Part shown: positions 44,247-53,103 of the stretch, piece by piece
Position numbering within the stretch: the stretch's first letter is position 1
Layout of the letters: each line of letters starts with the position of its first letter
Assembly (NCBI GenBank): GCA_945919075.1
Contig: CAMEIX010000016.1
Location: 2,534 to 66,533, forward strand
Direction: 5' to 3'
From: an uncultured Lachnospiraceae bacterium
GTDB taxonomy: Bacteria; Bacillota; Clostridia; Lachnospirales; Lachnospiraceae
DNA length: 64,000 bases
Position numbers and translations under genes: made by a program
The notes under the pieces: generated by a model
Database searches by the model: none
Told to the model about the DNA's origin: nothing
Seen by the model: only the letters and a program-made list of their open reading frames with translations

Positions 44247-46211
44247 ATGAAAATCACATTAAAAGATGGCTCGGTAAAAGAGTACGCACAGGCAATGAGC
44301 GCCTATGACATCGCACTGGATATCAGTGAAGGTCTGGCAAGAGTTGCATGTGCAGCAGAAATAAACGGCGAGGTGAAAGACCTTCGAACCATGATTACGG
44401 AAGACGCTGAACTTAGTATTTTAACAGCAAATGATGCAGAGGGTATCCGTACCGTGCGTCATACCTGCTCCCATGTGCTGGCAGAAGCAGTAAAAAGGGT
44501 ATTCCCGGATGCGAAGCTTGCCATTGGTCCCAGCATTGATACCGGTTTTTATTACGATTTTGAGCATGCTCCTTTTTCCAGAGAAGATCTGGATAAACTG
44601 GAAGCAGAAATGAAGAAGATTATCAAGGAAGGACATAAGCTTGAGAAATTTACCCTTCCCAGAGCAGAAGCAATCAAGTTCATGGAAGAAAAGGGTGAGC
44701 CTTATAAGGTAGAACTGATTGAAGACCTGCCCGAAGATTCAGAGATTTCCTTCTATGATCAGGGTGGTTTTGTGGATCTCTGTGCAGGTCCTCACCTGAT
44801 GAATACCAAAGGAATTAAAGCATTTAAGTTAACTTCCTCTTCCATGGCTTATTGGAGAGGGGATTCTAATAAGGCCCAGTTGCAGCGTATTTACGGTACG
44901 GCTTTCAACAAGAAAGAAGAACTGGAAGAATATCTTGCATATTGGGAAAATGTAAAGAACCGTGACCACAATAAACTTGGCCGTGAAATGGAACTTTTTA
45001 CCACAGTGGATGTGATTGGTCAGGGGCTTCCTCTTTTAATGCCTAAGGGTGCTAAAATCATCCAGACCCTGCAAAGATGGATTGAGGACTTAGAGGATAA
45101 TGAATGGGGTTATATGCGTACCAAAACTCCTCTTATGGCGAAGAGTGACCTTTATAAGATTTCCGGACACTGGGATCATTATAAAGAGGGTATGTTTGTA
45201 TTTGGTGATGAAGAAAAGGATAAAGAGGTCTTTGCACTTCGTCCCATGACCTGTCCGTTCCAGTATTATGTTTACAAAGCAAGCCAGAAATCCTACCGTG
45301 ATCTGCCCTGCCGTTACAGTGAGACTTCCACACTTTTCAGAAACGAAGATTCCGGCGAAATGCATGGTCTCACCCGTGTACGTCAGTTTACCATTTCCGA
45401 AGGACATCTGATTGTCAGACCGGACCAGATGGTGGAAGAATTTAAGGGCTGTCTGGCACTGGCTAAATACTGTCTGGAAACCCTCGGCGTAAACGACGAT
45501 GTAACCTACCGGCTTTCCAAATGGGATCCCAATAACAAAGAGAAGTACATTGGGGAACCGGAAGTGTGGGAAGAGACCCAGAATCATATCCGGAATATTC
45601 TTAAGGAGCTGGAAATTCCTTTCTACGAGGCAGAAGGCGAAGCTGCATTCTACGGTCCCAAGGTAGATATTAATGCGAAGAATGTTTACGGAAAAGAAGA
45701 TACCATGATTACCATTCAGTGGGATGCCCTTTTGGCAGAACAGTTTGATATGTATTATATTGACCAGAATGGTGACAAGGTTCGTCCTTATATCATCCAC
45801 AGAACCTCCATGGGATGCTATGAAAGAACACTGGCATGGCTGACTGAGAAATACGAAGGCAAGTTCCCGACCTGGTTATGTCCTGAACAGGTGCGTGTGC
45901 TTCCTATTTCCGAAAAATATTCCGAGTATGCAAATAAGGTTGCTGCGGAAATGAAGAAGAACGGTATCCGTGTAACCGTGGACGAACGTTCCGAGAAGAT
46001 TGGTTATAAGATTCGTGAAACCAGACTGGCAAAGGTTCCTTATATGGTAGTAGTAGGACAGAAGGAAGAAGAAGAAAATCTGATTTCCGTAAGAAGCAGA
46101 TTTCTGGGGGACGAGGGTCAGAAGGAATTAAAGACCTTCATTGCAGATATCTGTGAAGAAATCCGGACCAAGGAAATTCGAAAAGAACAGGTAGCGGAAG
46201 AAACAAAATAG
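44247..46211 (+). CDS. thrS: Threonine--tRNA ligase
   Basis: TGS domain MKITLKDGSVKEY, editing domain HTCSHVLA, class II motifs (FRNEDSGEMHGLTRVRQF). AAAGGAGA lies upstream of ATG 44247; the ORF-track start at 44103 lies in the leader. Confidence 0.96.
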   Translation: MKITLKDGSVKEYAQAMSAYDIALDISEGLARVACAAEINGEVKDLRTMITEDAELSILTANDAEGIRTVRHTCSHVLAEAVKRVFPDAKLAIGPSIDTGFYYDFEHAPFSREDLDKLEAEMKKIIKEGHKLEKFTLPRAEAIKFMEEKGEPYKVELIEDLPEDSEISFYDQGGFVDLCAGPHLMNTKGIKAFKLTSSSMAYWRGDSNKAQLQRIYGTAFNKKEELEEYLAYWENVKNRDHNKLGREMELFTTVDVIGQGLPLLMPKGAKIIQTLQRWIEDLEDNEWGYMRTKTPLMAKSDLYKISGHWDHYKEGMFVFGDEEKDKEVFALRPMTCPFQYYVYKASQKSYRDLPCRYSETSTLFRNEDSGEMHGLTRVRQFTISEGHLIVRPDQMVEEFKGCLALAKYCLETLGVNDDVTYRLSKWDPNNKEKYIGEPEVWEETQNHIRNILKELEIPFYEAEGEAAFYGPKVDINAKNVYGKEDTMITIQWDALLAEQFDMYYIDQNGDKVRPYIIHRTSMGCYERTLAWLTEKYEGKFPTWLCPEQVRVLPISEKYSEYANKVAAEMKKNGIRVTVDERSEKIGYKIRETRLAKVPYMVVVGQKEEEENLISVRSRFLGDEGQKELKTFIADICEEIRTKEIRKEQVAEETK

Positions 46212-46323
46212 TCCGGCAAGTATTTAATGAATTGTCAGTTTTCAATTAATTTTGAAAACATAATCGTATAATACAAATGTTAATCGGCCATAATAAGTCT
46301 GAAAAATAAGAAAAGGAGGACTT

Positions 46324-46641
46324 ATGATGGCTGATTTACGTTGTAGTGTAGAAAACTGCGGATACAATAAGGATATGCTTTGCAGCAAAGGGGATATCAA
46401 TGTTGGCGGAAAGGGCGCATGCGTTCCGGATGACACCTGTTGTGAAAGCTTTCGTGAGGCAAGAGAGGATGCTTACAAGAGTTCGCTTTGTCATCCCGGA
46501 AGTATGATCAGTATCGATTGTGAAGCTACCAACTGCGTTTATAATGAAGATTATAAGTGCAGAGCGGAACATGTGGATATTAAGGGCTGTGGTGCCTGCG
46601 ATTGCAAAGAAACCGCCTGTGCAACCTTTAAGGAGAAATAG
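46324..46641 (+). CDS. DUF1540-like cysteine-rich small protein
   Basis: Two copies of the C..E.C.YN....C.A..I.V.G..A....ET.C.TF pattern. SD AAGGAGGA upstream. Confidence 0.75.
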   Translation: MMADLRCSVENCGYNKDMLCSKGDINVGGKGACVPDDTCCESFREAREDAYKSSLCHPGSMISIDCEATNCVYNEDYKCRAEHVDIKGCGACDCKETACATFKEK

Positions 46642-46799
46642 GAAATCAATCGGTTAAGGGATGAATCTTCGGATTTGTCCCTTAATTGCTATGAGAGAAA
46701 TCAGGGCAGGATTCGCATAGCGGGAATTGAATAAATCTTTTGTTTATGCTATGATAAAGAGGATGCATGTAGAGGGAAGCTTTGCGGGGGCATTTTCGA

Positions 46800-47861
46800 A
46801 TGAAAAAACGAGGTTTATTAAAATACATTGGAATTGTTTTGGCTGCCGGTGTCCTTTTGGCCGGCTGCGGAAGTTCCGATAAGAATGCCGAAGTGGAAAA
46901 AGGAATGCAGGCTATTGAGGCCATGGATTATGAGACGGCCATGAATTCTTTTTCCAAAGCGGAGGAATTGAAGGAAAATCCCAGACTGATCGCCAGAGGC
47001 AGAGGGATTGCCTGTATGGGGCAGACCGATTATGAGAAGGCAGTCGAATATTTTCTGGAATGCATGGCTTTGTCGAACGGTGTTGTGGAAGATATGGATT
47101 ATGATGTAAATTTCTATCTTGCGGCCAGCTACCAGAAATTAAAGAAATATCAGGAAGCCATTGCAGTTTATGATGCCATTCTGGGTATGCACAGTGGGGA
47201 TACGGATGCTTACTATCTTCGCGGCAATGCCTATCTTTCTCTGGGAAAATATGAGGAAGCGAAGCAGGATTTCGACCAGGTGATAAAGCGTGAGCCTTAT
47301 AATTACAGCAGGCTGATTCAGATTTATGAGGTTCTTCGGGCTGCAGGGTACAGAGATATGGGGGACGAATATCTTCGGGCGGCGTTAAGTGAAAAAGAAA
47401 AGAAAATGAACGATTATGAGAAGGGGCGTATTCAGTTCTATCTGGAGGACTATAAGGGCGCACAGGTAAGCCTGGAACAGGCTAAAGCCGAAAAAGGTGC
47501 GGAGGCGGATGTTTATCTGTATCTTGGTATGGCATATGAAGCCACCGGTGATTACAATTACGCCATAACCAATGTCTATAATGCTTACTTAAGCCAAAAG
47601 GAAGGCACCGCAGCTTTGTATAATCAGTTAGGTTTATGTTATCTGAAACAGGAACAGTATGATGCGGCACTGGAGGCCTTTCAAAGTGCCATGCAGATTC
47701 CGGACAACGACATGATGCAGACCCTGAAATTTAACGAAATAGTGGCCTATGAATACCTCAATGAATTTGAGCAGGCAACCATCCTTCTGGACAATTATCT
47801 GAAAATCTACCCGGATGATGAACAGGCAAAACGTGAGTACGGATTTCTCTCTACCCGTTAG
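46800..47861 (+). CDS. TPR-repeat lipoprotein
   Basis: Signal and lipobox IVLAAGVLLAGC, followed by multiple TPR-like A..Y..A repeats. Confidence 0.8.
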   Translation: MKKRGLLKYIGIVLAAGVLLAGCGSSDKNAEVEKGMQAIEAMDYETAMNSFSKAEELKENPRLIARGRGIACMGQTDYEKAVEYFLECMALSNGVVEDMDYDVNFYLAASYQKLKKYQEAIAVYDAILGMHSGDTDAYYLRGNAYLSLGKYEEAKQDFDQVIKREPYNYSRLIQIYEVLRAAGYRDMGDEYLRAALSEKEKKMNDYEKGRIQFYLEDYKGAQVSLEQAKAEKGAEADVYLYLGMAYEATGDYNYAITNVYNAYLSQKEGTAALYNQLGLCYLKQEQYDAALEAFQSAMQIPDNDMMQTLKFNEIVAYEYLNEFEQATILLDNYLKIYPDDEQAKREYGFLSTR

Positions 47862-47877
47862 GGTAGAGAGTTTTTTT
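47847..47877 (+). terminator. Rho-independent terminator (stop codon in the loop)
   Basis: CTCTCTACCC-GTTA-GGGTAGAGAG hairpin followed by T7. Confidence 0.85.
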
Positions 47878-47907
47878 ACATTATTTTGTGATTGTGAAAA
47901 AATAGAC

Positions 47908-47923
47908 ACACTATATATAGTGT
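47908..47923. promoter_or_regulatory. NrdR box (perfect 16-bp palindrome ACACTATATATAGTGT)
   Basis: It matches the NrdR operator consensus and sits just upstream of the -35 of nrdD. A second, imperfect 18-nt ACAC...GTGT element is at 47954-47971. Confidence 0.8.
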
Positions 47924-47929
47924 TTCCCA

Positions 47930-47958
47930 TTGACTTTAGTGTACTAAAATGATACACT
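47930..47958 (+). promoter_or_regulatory. Putative nrdD promoter
   Basis: TTGACT, 17 nt, TACACT. Confidence 0.45.
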
Positions 47959-47990
47959 TTTACCATAGTGTTTAAAAGGGAGGTTTCATC

Positions 47991-50378
47991 GTGTTACAGG
48001 TTATCAAAAGAGATGGGGAGAGAGTAGATTTCACACTGAACAAAATCAGCGATGCCATTATGAAGGCATTTACCGCAACTGAAATGCAGTACAGCAATGA
48101 TATTGTGGATTTGCTGGCACTTCGTGTATCTGCCGACTTCCAGAAAAAAATTAAGGATGATGCGGTTTCCGTAGAAGATATTCAGGACAGCGTGGAAAAG
48201 GTTTTAGGACAGGCCGGCTATGAGGAAGTAGCAAAGGCATATATTCTGTATCGCAAGCAGAGGGAAAAAATGCGTACCATGAAATCCACTATTTTGGATT
48301 ACAAGGACGTTGTAAATAGTTATGTGAAGGTGGAAGACTGGCGTGTAAAGGAAAATTCCACCGTTACCTATTCCGTAGGAGGACTGATTTTAAGCAATTC
48401 CGGAGCTGTTACAGCGAATTACTGGTTATCGGAAATCTATGATCAGGAAATTGCGGATGCACACCGCAATGCAGATATTCATATTCATGACCTGTCCATG
48501 CTGACCGGGTATTGTGCAGGATGGTCCTTAAAACAGCTCATCAAAGAAGGTCTTGGCGGTATTACCGGTAAGATTACCTCTGCACCGGCAAAGCACCTTT
48601 CCGTTCTTTGCAACCAGATGGTTAATTTCCTTGGCATTATGCAGAATGAATGGGCAGGCGCACAGGCATTTTCTTCTTTTGATACCTATCTGGCACCTTT
48701 TGTTAAAGTAGATAATTTGTCCTATCCCGAAGTAAAGAAATGCATCGAAGCATTTATTTACGGCGTGAATACACCCAGCCGTTGGGGTACCCAGGCTCCT
48801 TTCTCCAATATCACTTTGGATTGGACCGTGCCCGAGGACCTGGCAGAACTCCCTGCAATCGTAGGCGGCAAAGAGATGGACTTTAAGTATAAGGACTGTA
48901 AGAAAGAAATGGATATGGTCAATAAAGCATTTATTGAGACCATGATTGAGGGGGATTCCAACGGACGCGGTTTCCAGTATCCCATTCCTACTTACTCCAT
49001 TACCAGAGATTTTGACTGGTCTGACAATGAAAATAACAGACTTTTGTTTGAGATGACTGCCAAGTACGGAACGCCTTATTTCTCAAACTATATCAATTCC
49101 GATATGCAGCCCTCCGATGTGCGCAGTATGTGCTGCCGTCTGCGTCTTGACCTTAGGGAACTTCGTAAGAAAACAGGTGGATTCTTTGGATCTGGCGAAA
49201 GTACCGGAAGCGTGGGCGTTGTTACCATTAACATGCCGAGAATTGCCTATCTTTCTGCAAATAAGGACGAGTTTTATGCAAGACTGAACCGTATGATGGA
49301 TATCGCAGCCCGTTCCTTAAAGATTAAGAGAGGCGTTATTACCAAACTTTTGGAAGAAGGTTTATACCCTTATACCAGACGTTATCTGGGCACCTTTGAT
49401 AACCATTTCTCTACCATCGGTCTGATTGGTATGAATGAAGTGGGCTTGAATGCAAACTGGTTGCGTGCGGATATGACCGATCCCCGTACCCAGGAATTTA
49501 CCAAAGAAGTTTTGAACCACATGAGAAACAGACTGTCCGATTATCAGGAACAGTATGGCGATTTATACAATCTGGAAGCAACACCGGCGGAAAGCACAAC
49601 CTATCGTCTGGCAAAGCATGACAGAAAGCGCTGGCCGGCAATCAAGACAGCAGGCAAGCCGGGAGATACTCCTTATTACACCAACTCTTCTCATTTACCT
49701 GTGGATTACACGGCAGATATTTTTGATGCTCTGGATATTCAGGATGAATTACAGACCCTTTACACCTCTGGTACCGTATTCCACGCATTCTTAGGTGAGA
49801 AGCTTCCTGACTGGAAGGCAGCAGCGAATCTGGTTAAGACGATTGCAGATAATTACAAATTACCTTACTATACATTATCACCTACTTACTCGATCTGTAA
49901 GGAACACGGATACCTGACCGGTGAAGTGGCAAACTGCCCTCACTGCGGACGTCCTACCGAAGTATACAGCCGTATTACAGGCTATTACAGACCGGTACAG
50001 AACTGGAATGATGGTAAATTGCAGGAATATGCAAATCGTACCGAATACGATATTGAGAATTCCGTATTAAAGCGTCCGGTAAGTGCTGTAGTGACACTTT
50101 CCAATTACGCTGAGGATGTAGAAGTAAAGGTAGAACAGCCTAAAAATATTAAGTACCTTTTCACCACCAAGACCTGCCCCAACTGCAAGTTGGCTAAGGA
50201 ATACTTGAAGGGGGAGAGTTATGTACTTATAGATGCAGAAGAGAACATGGAACTTGCAAAAGAGTATGGAGTAATGCAGGCACCTACTTTGGTTGTGGTA
50301 AATGGGAACAGCCATAAGAAATACGTGAATGCTTCCAACATCAAAAAGTACGCGGAAGAAAACCGTGTTTTGGTTTAA
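47991..50378 (+). CDS. nrdD: Anaerobic ribonucleoside-triphosphate reductase (class III) with C-terminal thioredoxin-fold extension
   Basis: GTG start after GGGAGG. ATP-cone VIKRDGERVDF. Cys cluster CKEHG...CPHCG. Glycyl-radical motif SRITGYYRPV. An extra ~80 aa follow, with LFTTKTCPNCKLAKEYL...APTLVV (CPNC at 50174-50185). Confidence 0.93.
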   Translation: MLQVIKRDGERVDFTLNKISDAIMKAFTATEMQYSNDIVDLLALRVSADFQKKIKDDAVSVEDIQDSVEKVLGQAGYEEVAKAYILYRKQREKMRTMKSTILDYKDVVNSYVKVEDWRVKENSTVTYSVGGLILSNSGAVTANYWLSEIYDQEIADAHRNADIHIHDLSMLTGYCAGWSLKQLIKEGLGGITGKITSAPAKHLSVLCNQMVNFLGIMQNEWAGAQAFSSFDTYLAPFVKVDNLSYPEVKKCIEAFIYGVNTPSRWGTQAPFSNITLDWTVPEDLAELPAIVGGKEMDFKYKDCKKEMDMVNKAFIETMIEGDSNGRGFQYPIPTYSITRDFDWSDNENNRLLFEMTAKYGTPYFSNYINSDMQPSDVRSMCCRLRLDLRELRKKTGGFFGSGESTGSVGVVTINMPRIAYLSANKDEFYARLNRMMDIAARSLKIKRGVITKLLEEGLYPYTRRYLGTFDNHFSTIGLIGMNEVGLNANWLRADMTDPRTQEFTKEVLNHMRNRLSDYQEQYGDLYNLEATPAESTTYRLAKHDRKRWPAIKTAGKPGDTPYYTNSSHLPVDYTADIFDALDIQDELQTLYTSGTVFHAFLGEKLPDWKAAANLVKTIADNYKLPYYTLSPTYSICKEHGYLTGEVANCPHCGRPTEVYSRITGYYRPVQNWNDGKLQEYANRTEYDIENSVLKRPVSAVVTLSNYAEDVEVKVEQPKNIKYLFTTKTCPNCKLAKEYLKGESYVLIDAEENMELAKEYGVMQAPTLVVVNGNSHKKYVNASNIKKYAEENRVLV

Positions 50379-50433
50379 GATACGGAAGAAATTTAAGCTA
50401 CTGAAGAGTACAGAATAAAATACTGAAGAACAG

Positions 50434-50467
50434 ACACCGGGGTGTGGAAACACATCCCGGTGTTTTG
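50434..50467 (+). terminator. Rho-independent terminator after nrdD
   Basis: ACACCGGGGTGTG-GAAA-CACATCCCGGTGT hairpin followed by TTTT. Confidence 0.8.
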
Positions 50468-50507
50468 TTATGGCAACAAGATTCGCGAAGCAAATCTCGT
50501 CTCTGTT

Positions 50508-50539
50508 GGCAACTTATGTATTCCACGTGGTAACTTATG
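50508..50539 (+). promoter_or_regulatory. Two direct repeats GG(C/T)AACTTATG with 21-bp phasing (LytTR-type operator candidate)
   Basis: GGCAACTTATG is at 50508-50518 and GGTAACTTATG at 50529-50539, about 105 nt upstream of the ABC/LytTR operon start. Confidence 0.5.
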
Positions 50540-50645
50540 ACAGGAACTATTGCAGCAGAAAATATTCCGTGATAGGTTGGGAACATCAAAAGGGCAGGAG
50601 GCAAATGGAAGCTTGCCAAAGTGTGCAAGAAGAGAGGAATACCTC

Positions 50646-51497
50646 ATGATTAAGGTAAAAGACTTAAAGAAGAGATTTGGGGAAAGAGAAATTCTAAGGG
50701 GAATCAATCTGGAAATTAAAGAGGGTGAAATCTTCGGGCTTCTCGGTCCCTCCGGAGCAGGTAAGACAACACTGATAAAAATTCTGACCGGACAGCTCGT
50801 GTTCGAGGAAGGGGATGTAAAAACTTTAGGGAAAGATGTCCGAAATCTTTCCGGGGAGGATCACAAAGGCATTGGCATTATGATGGATCAGTTTGGGGTC
50901 TACGAAAGACTTTCCTGCCTCGATAACTTAAAAATCTTTGCAGAGATTTATAAAATTCCACTTAAAGTGGTTATGGATACTCTGGAAGATGTGGGACTTG
51001 CAAAAACCATGAAGACACCGGCAGCAAATTTGTCAAAAGGAATGAGAAACCGCCTGCAGCTCGCCCGTGTTTTTATGCAGACCCCGAAGATTATTTTTCT
51101 GGATGAACCCACAAGCGGTCTGGATCCGGCATCTGCAAAAGCCATTCATAAATTGATTATGGAAAAGAAAAAGGAAGGATGCACCATATTCCTGACCACC
51201 CATGACATGAGTGAGGCTACCAAACTATGCGATCATGTGGCACTTTTAAATGAAGGGGTGATTGTGGAATATGGAAGCCCGAAAGAAATCTGCAGAAGAT
51301 ACGATTATCAGAAAAAAATCCGTCTGCACCTGAAAGATGGCAGGGAAGAGGAATTACCGAACAGCAGGGACGCAGCACAGAAAATCGCAGAACTTATGGA
51401 AAAAGATGCGGTGGAAACCATTCACTCCACAGAGCCCAATCTGGAAACCGTATTCTTGGAACTGACAGGTAAAAACTTAGAGGAGAATTCATTATGA
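50646..51497 (+). CDS. ABC transporter ATP-binding protein (ABC-2 type system)
   Basis: Walker A GPSGAGKTT, signature LSKGMRNRL, Walker B IIFLDEPTSGLD. Confidence 0.93.
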   Translation: MIKVKDLKKRFGEREILRGINLEIKEGEIFGLLGPSGAGKTTLIKILTGQLVFEEGDVKTLGKDVRNLSGEDHKGIGIMMDQFGVYERLSCLDNLKIFAEIYKIPLKVVMDTLEDVGLAKTMKTPAANLSKGMRNRLQLARVFMQTPKIIFLDEPTSGLDPASAKAIHKLIMEKKKEGCTIFLTTHDMSEATKLCDHVALLNEGVIVEYGSPKEICRRYDYQKKIRLHLKDGREEELPNSRDAAQKIAELMEKDAVETIHSTEPNLETVFLELTGKNLEENSL

Positions 51498-52186
51498 GAA
51501 ATATGGCAGTGATATTCAAAAAACAAATCAAGGACACAGTCAAAAATAAAACAATTCTGATTCAGTTTCTGATGTTTCCCATGATGACACTCATTATGGA
51601 AAATGCAGTCCGAATGGAAGGTATGCCGGACCACTTTTTTGCAAAACTGTTTTCGGTCATGTACATCGGAATGGCACCCATCACATCCATTGCGGCAATC
51701 CTATCCGAGGAAAAGGAAAAAAACACTTTGCGTGTACTTATGATGGCGAATGTGAAGCCCTGGGAATACCTTTTGGGAGTGGGAAGCTATGTATGGCTGA
51801 TTTGTATGCTGGGAGCCGTTGTTATGGGGATTACGGCTCATTTCGAGGGTAGTGCAATGCTTCTTTATCTGGCTATCATGGGAACCGGTTTTATCATTTC
51901 CATTATTGCAGGTGCTGCCATCGGGGTGTTTGCAAAGGACCAGATGAAGGCAACCGGCATTGTGATGCCGGTTATGATGGTATTCTCTTTTCTACCCATG
52001 CTTTCCATGTTCAATGACACGATCCGTAAAATTGCAAAGTTTGCGTATACACAGCAGTTGAATCTGATTTTGCAGGAGGACCTTAGAATAGAGCAGATGG
52101 ATACAAAAGCTGTCGTGGTCTTCCTAAACCTTATATTATTTGTTATACTGTTTGCAGCAGCTTATAAGAAAAATGGATTGGAATAG
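51494..52186 (+). CDS. ABC-2 type transporter permease
   Basis: Six-TM, 230-aa protein. ATGA overlap with the ATPase gene. Confidence 0.8.
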   Translation: MRNMAVIFKKQIKDTVKNKTILIQFLMFPMMTLIMENAVRMEGMPDHFFAKLFSVMYIGMAPITSIAAILSEEKEKNTLRVLMMANVKPWEYLLGVGSYVWLICMLGAVVMGITAHFEGSAMLLYLAIMGTGFIISIIAGAAIGVFAKDQMKATGIVMPVMMVFSFLPMLSMFNDTIRKIAKFAYTQQLNLILQEDLRIEQMDTKAVVVFLNLILFVILFAAAYKKNGLE

Positions 52187-52189
52187 ATT

Positions 52190-52630
52190 ATGAAAATACA
52201 GATAGATGTGGATCCTGCGTATGATGACATTCATATAAAAATAGAATGCGGAAAACTAACACCGGAGATTGACAGGATGATTTCTCTGATCCGTATGCTG
52301 GACATGCAGATTCCGGCAAAGAAAAACGGTGAGACTTACTTAATCGACGTAGCAAAACTCTTATATGTGGAAGCAGTGGAGCGCACAACCTTCTTATACA
52401 CGGAAGACAATGTGTATGAGTCGGACCTAAAACTTTATGAACTGGAACAGCAGCTTACGGAAAGAGGATTTTTGCGTATCAGCAAGCAGACACTGGTCCA
52501 TTTAAAAAAGATAAAGAGTCTGAAAGCCGACCTGAACCGTAAAATTCGTGTTACCCTGTGTAATGGTGAGCAAATCATGGTTAGCCGCATGTATGCGGAT
52601 GAATTCAGAAAAAGGATAGGAATAAAGTAA
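52190..52630 (+). CDS. LytTR-domain DNA-binding protein without receiver domain (146 aa)
   Basis: The LytTR pattern is YLIDVAKLLYVEAVERTTFLYTEDNVYESDLKLYELEQQL...FLRISKQTLVHLKKIKSL. There is no REC domain. Confidence 0.85.
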   Translation: MKIQIDVDPAYDDIHIKIECGKLTPEIDRMISLIRMLDMQIPAKKNGETYLIDVAKLLYVEAVERTTFLYTEDNVYESDLKLYELEQQLTERGFLRISKQTLVHLKKIKSLKADLNRKIRVTLCNGEQIMVSRMYADEFRKRIGIK

Positions 52631-53103
52631 TGGAAGAGAACAAGACAATTTTTGACTATATCGGGCAGTTCTTTGCAACGTTCGGAATTATTGTGACAAT
52701 CTTTATGGCATTAGGAATCGTGATAGGGGAAAAGGCAAAACCCTGCTCAACATTATTTTATCTTTCCGGTGATGGCCTGAGACTGGACACCTTGGTACAA
52801 TTATTTGTGTTTTCACTCATCCTTTCATTTTTGGAAGTACTGTTATTGACAGATAGATTTATTAAAAAAATGCCCATGGCGGCGAGAATCATCTGTTTTT
52901 TTGTAACCGTTACTATTACCATTGTCGGATTCGTAATTTGTTTCTCATGGTTCCCGATTGATGATGAAAAATCCTGGATTGGATTTTTTGTATCTTTCAC
53001 AGTATGTACCGTGATAGGGGTAGTAATTTCCATACTGAAGGAGAAGGCTGAGAACAAGAAAATGGAACAGGCATTAAACCGCTTCAGGGAGAAAGAATTA
53101 TGA
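52630..53103 (+). CDS. Four-TM membrane protein (DUF3021-like), usual partner of LytTR-only regulators
   Basis: TAATG overlap with the LytTR gene. 157 aa with 4 predicted TM helices. Confidence 0.6.
   Translation: MEENKTIFDYIGQFFATFGIIVTIFMALGIVIGEKAKPCSTLFYLSGDGLRLDTLVQLFVFSLILSFLEVLLLTDRFIKKMPMAARIICFFVTVTITIVGFVICFSWFPIDDEKSWIGFFVSFTVCTVIGVVISILKEKAENKKMEQALNRFREKEL

Noticed and set aside
46238-46260. Palindrome GTTTTCAA-TTAATT-TTGAAAAC after thrS as a terminator.
   Set aside because: No T-run follows, so it may be a protein-binding site or chance. It is left uncalled.
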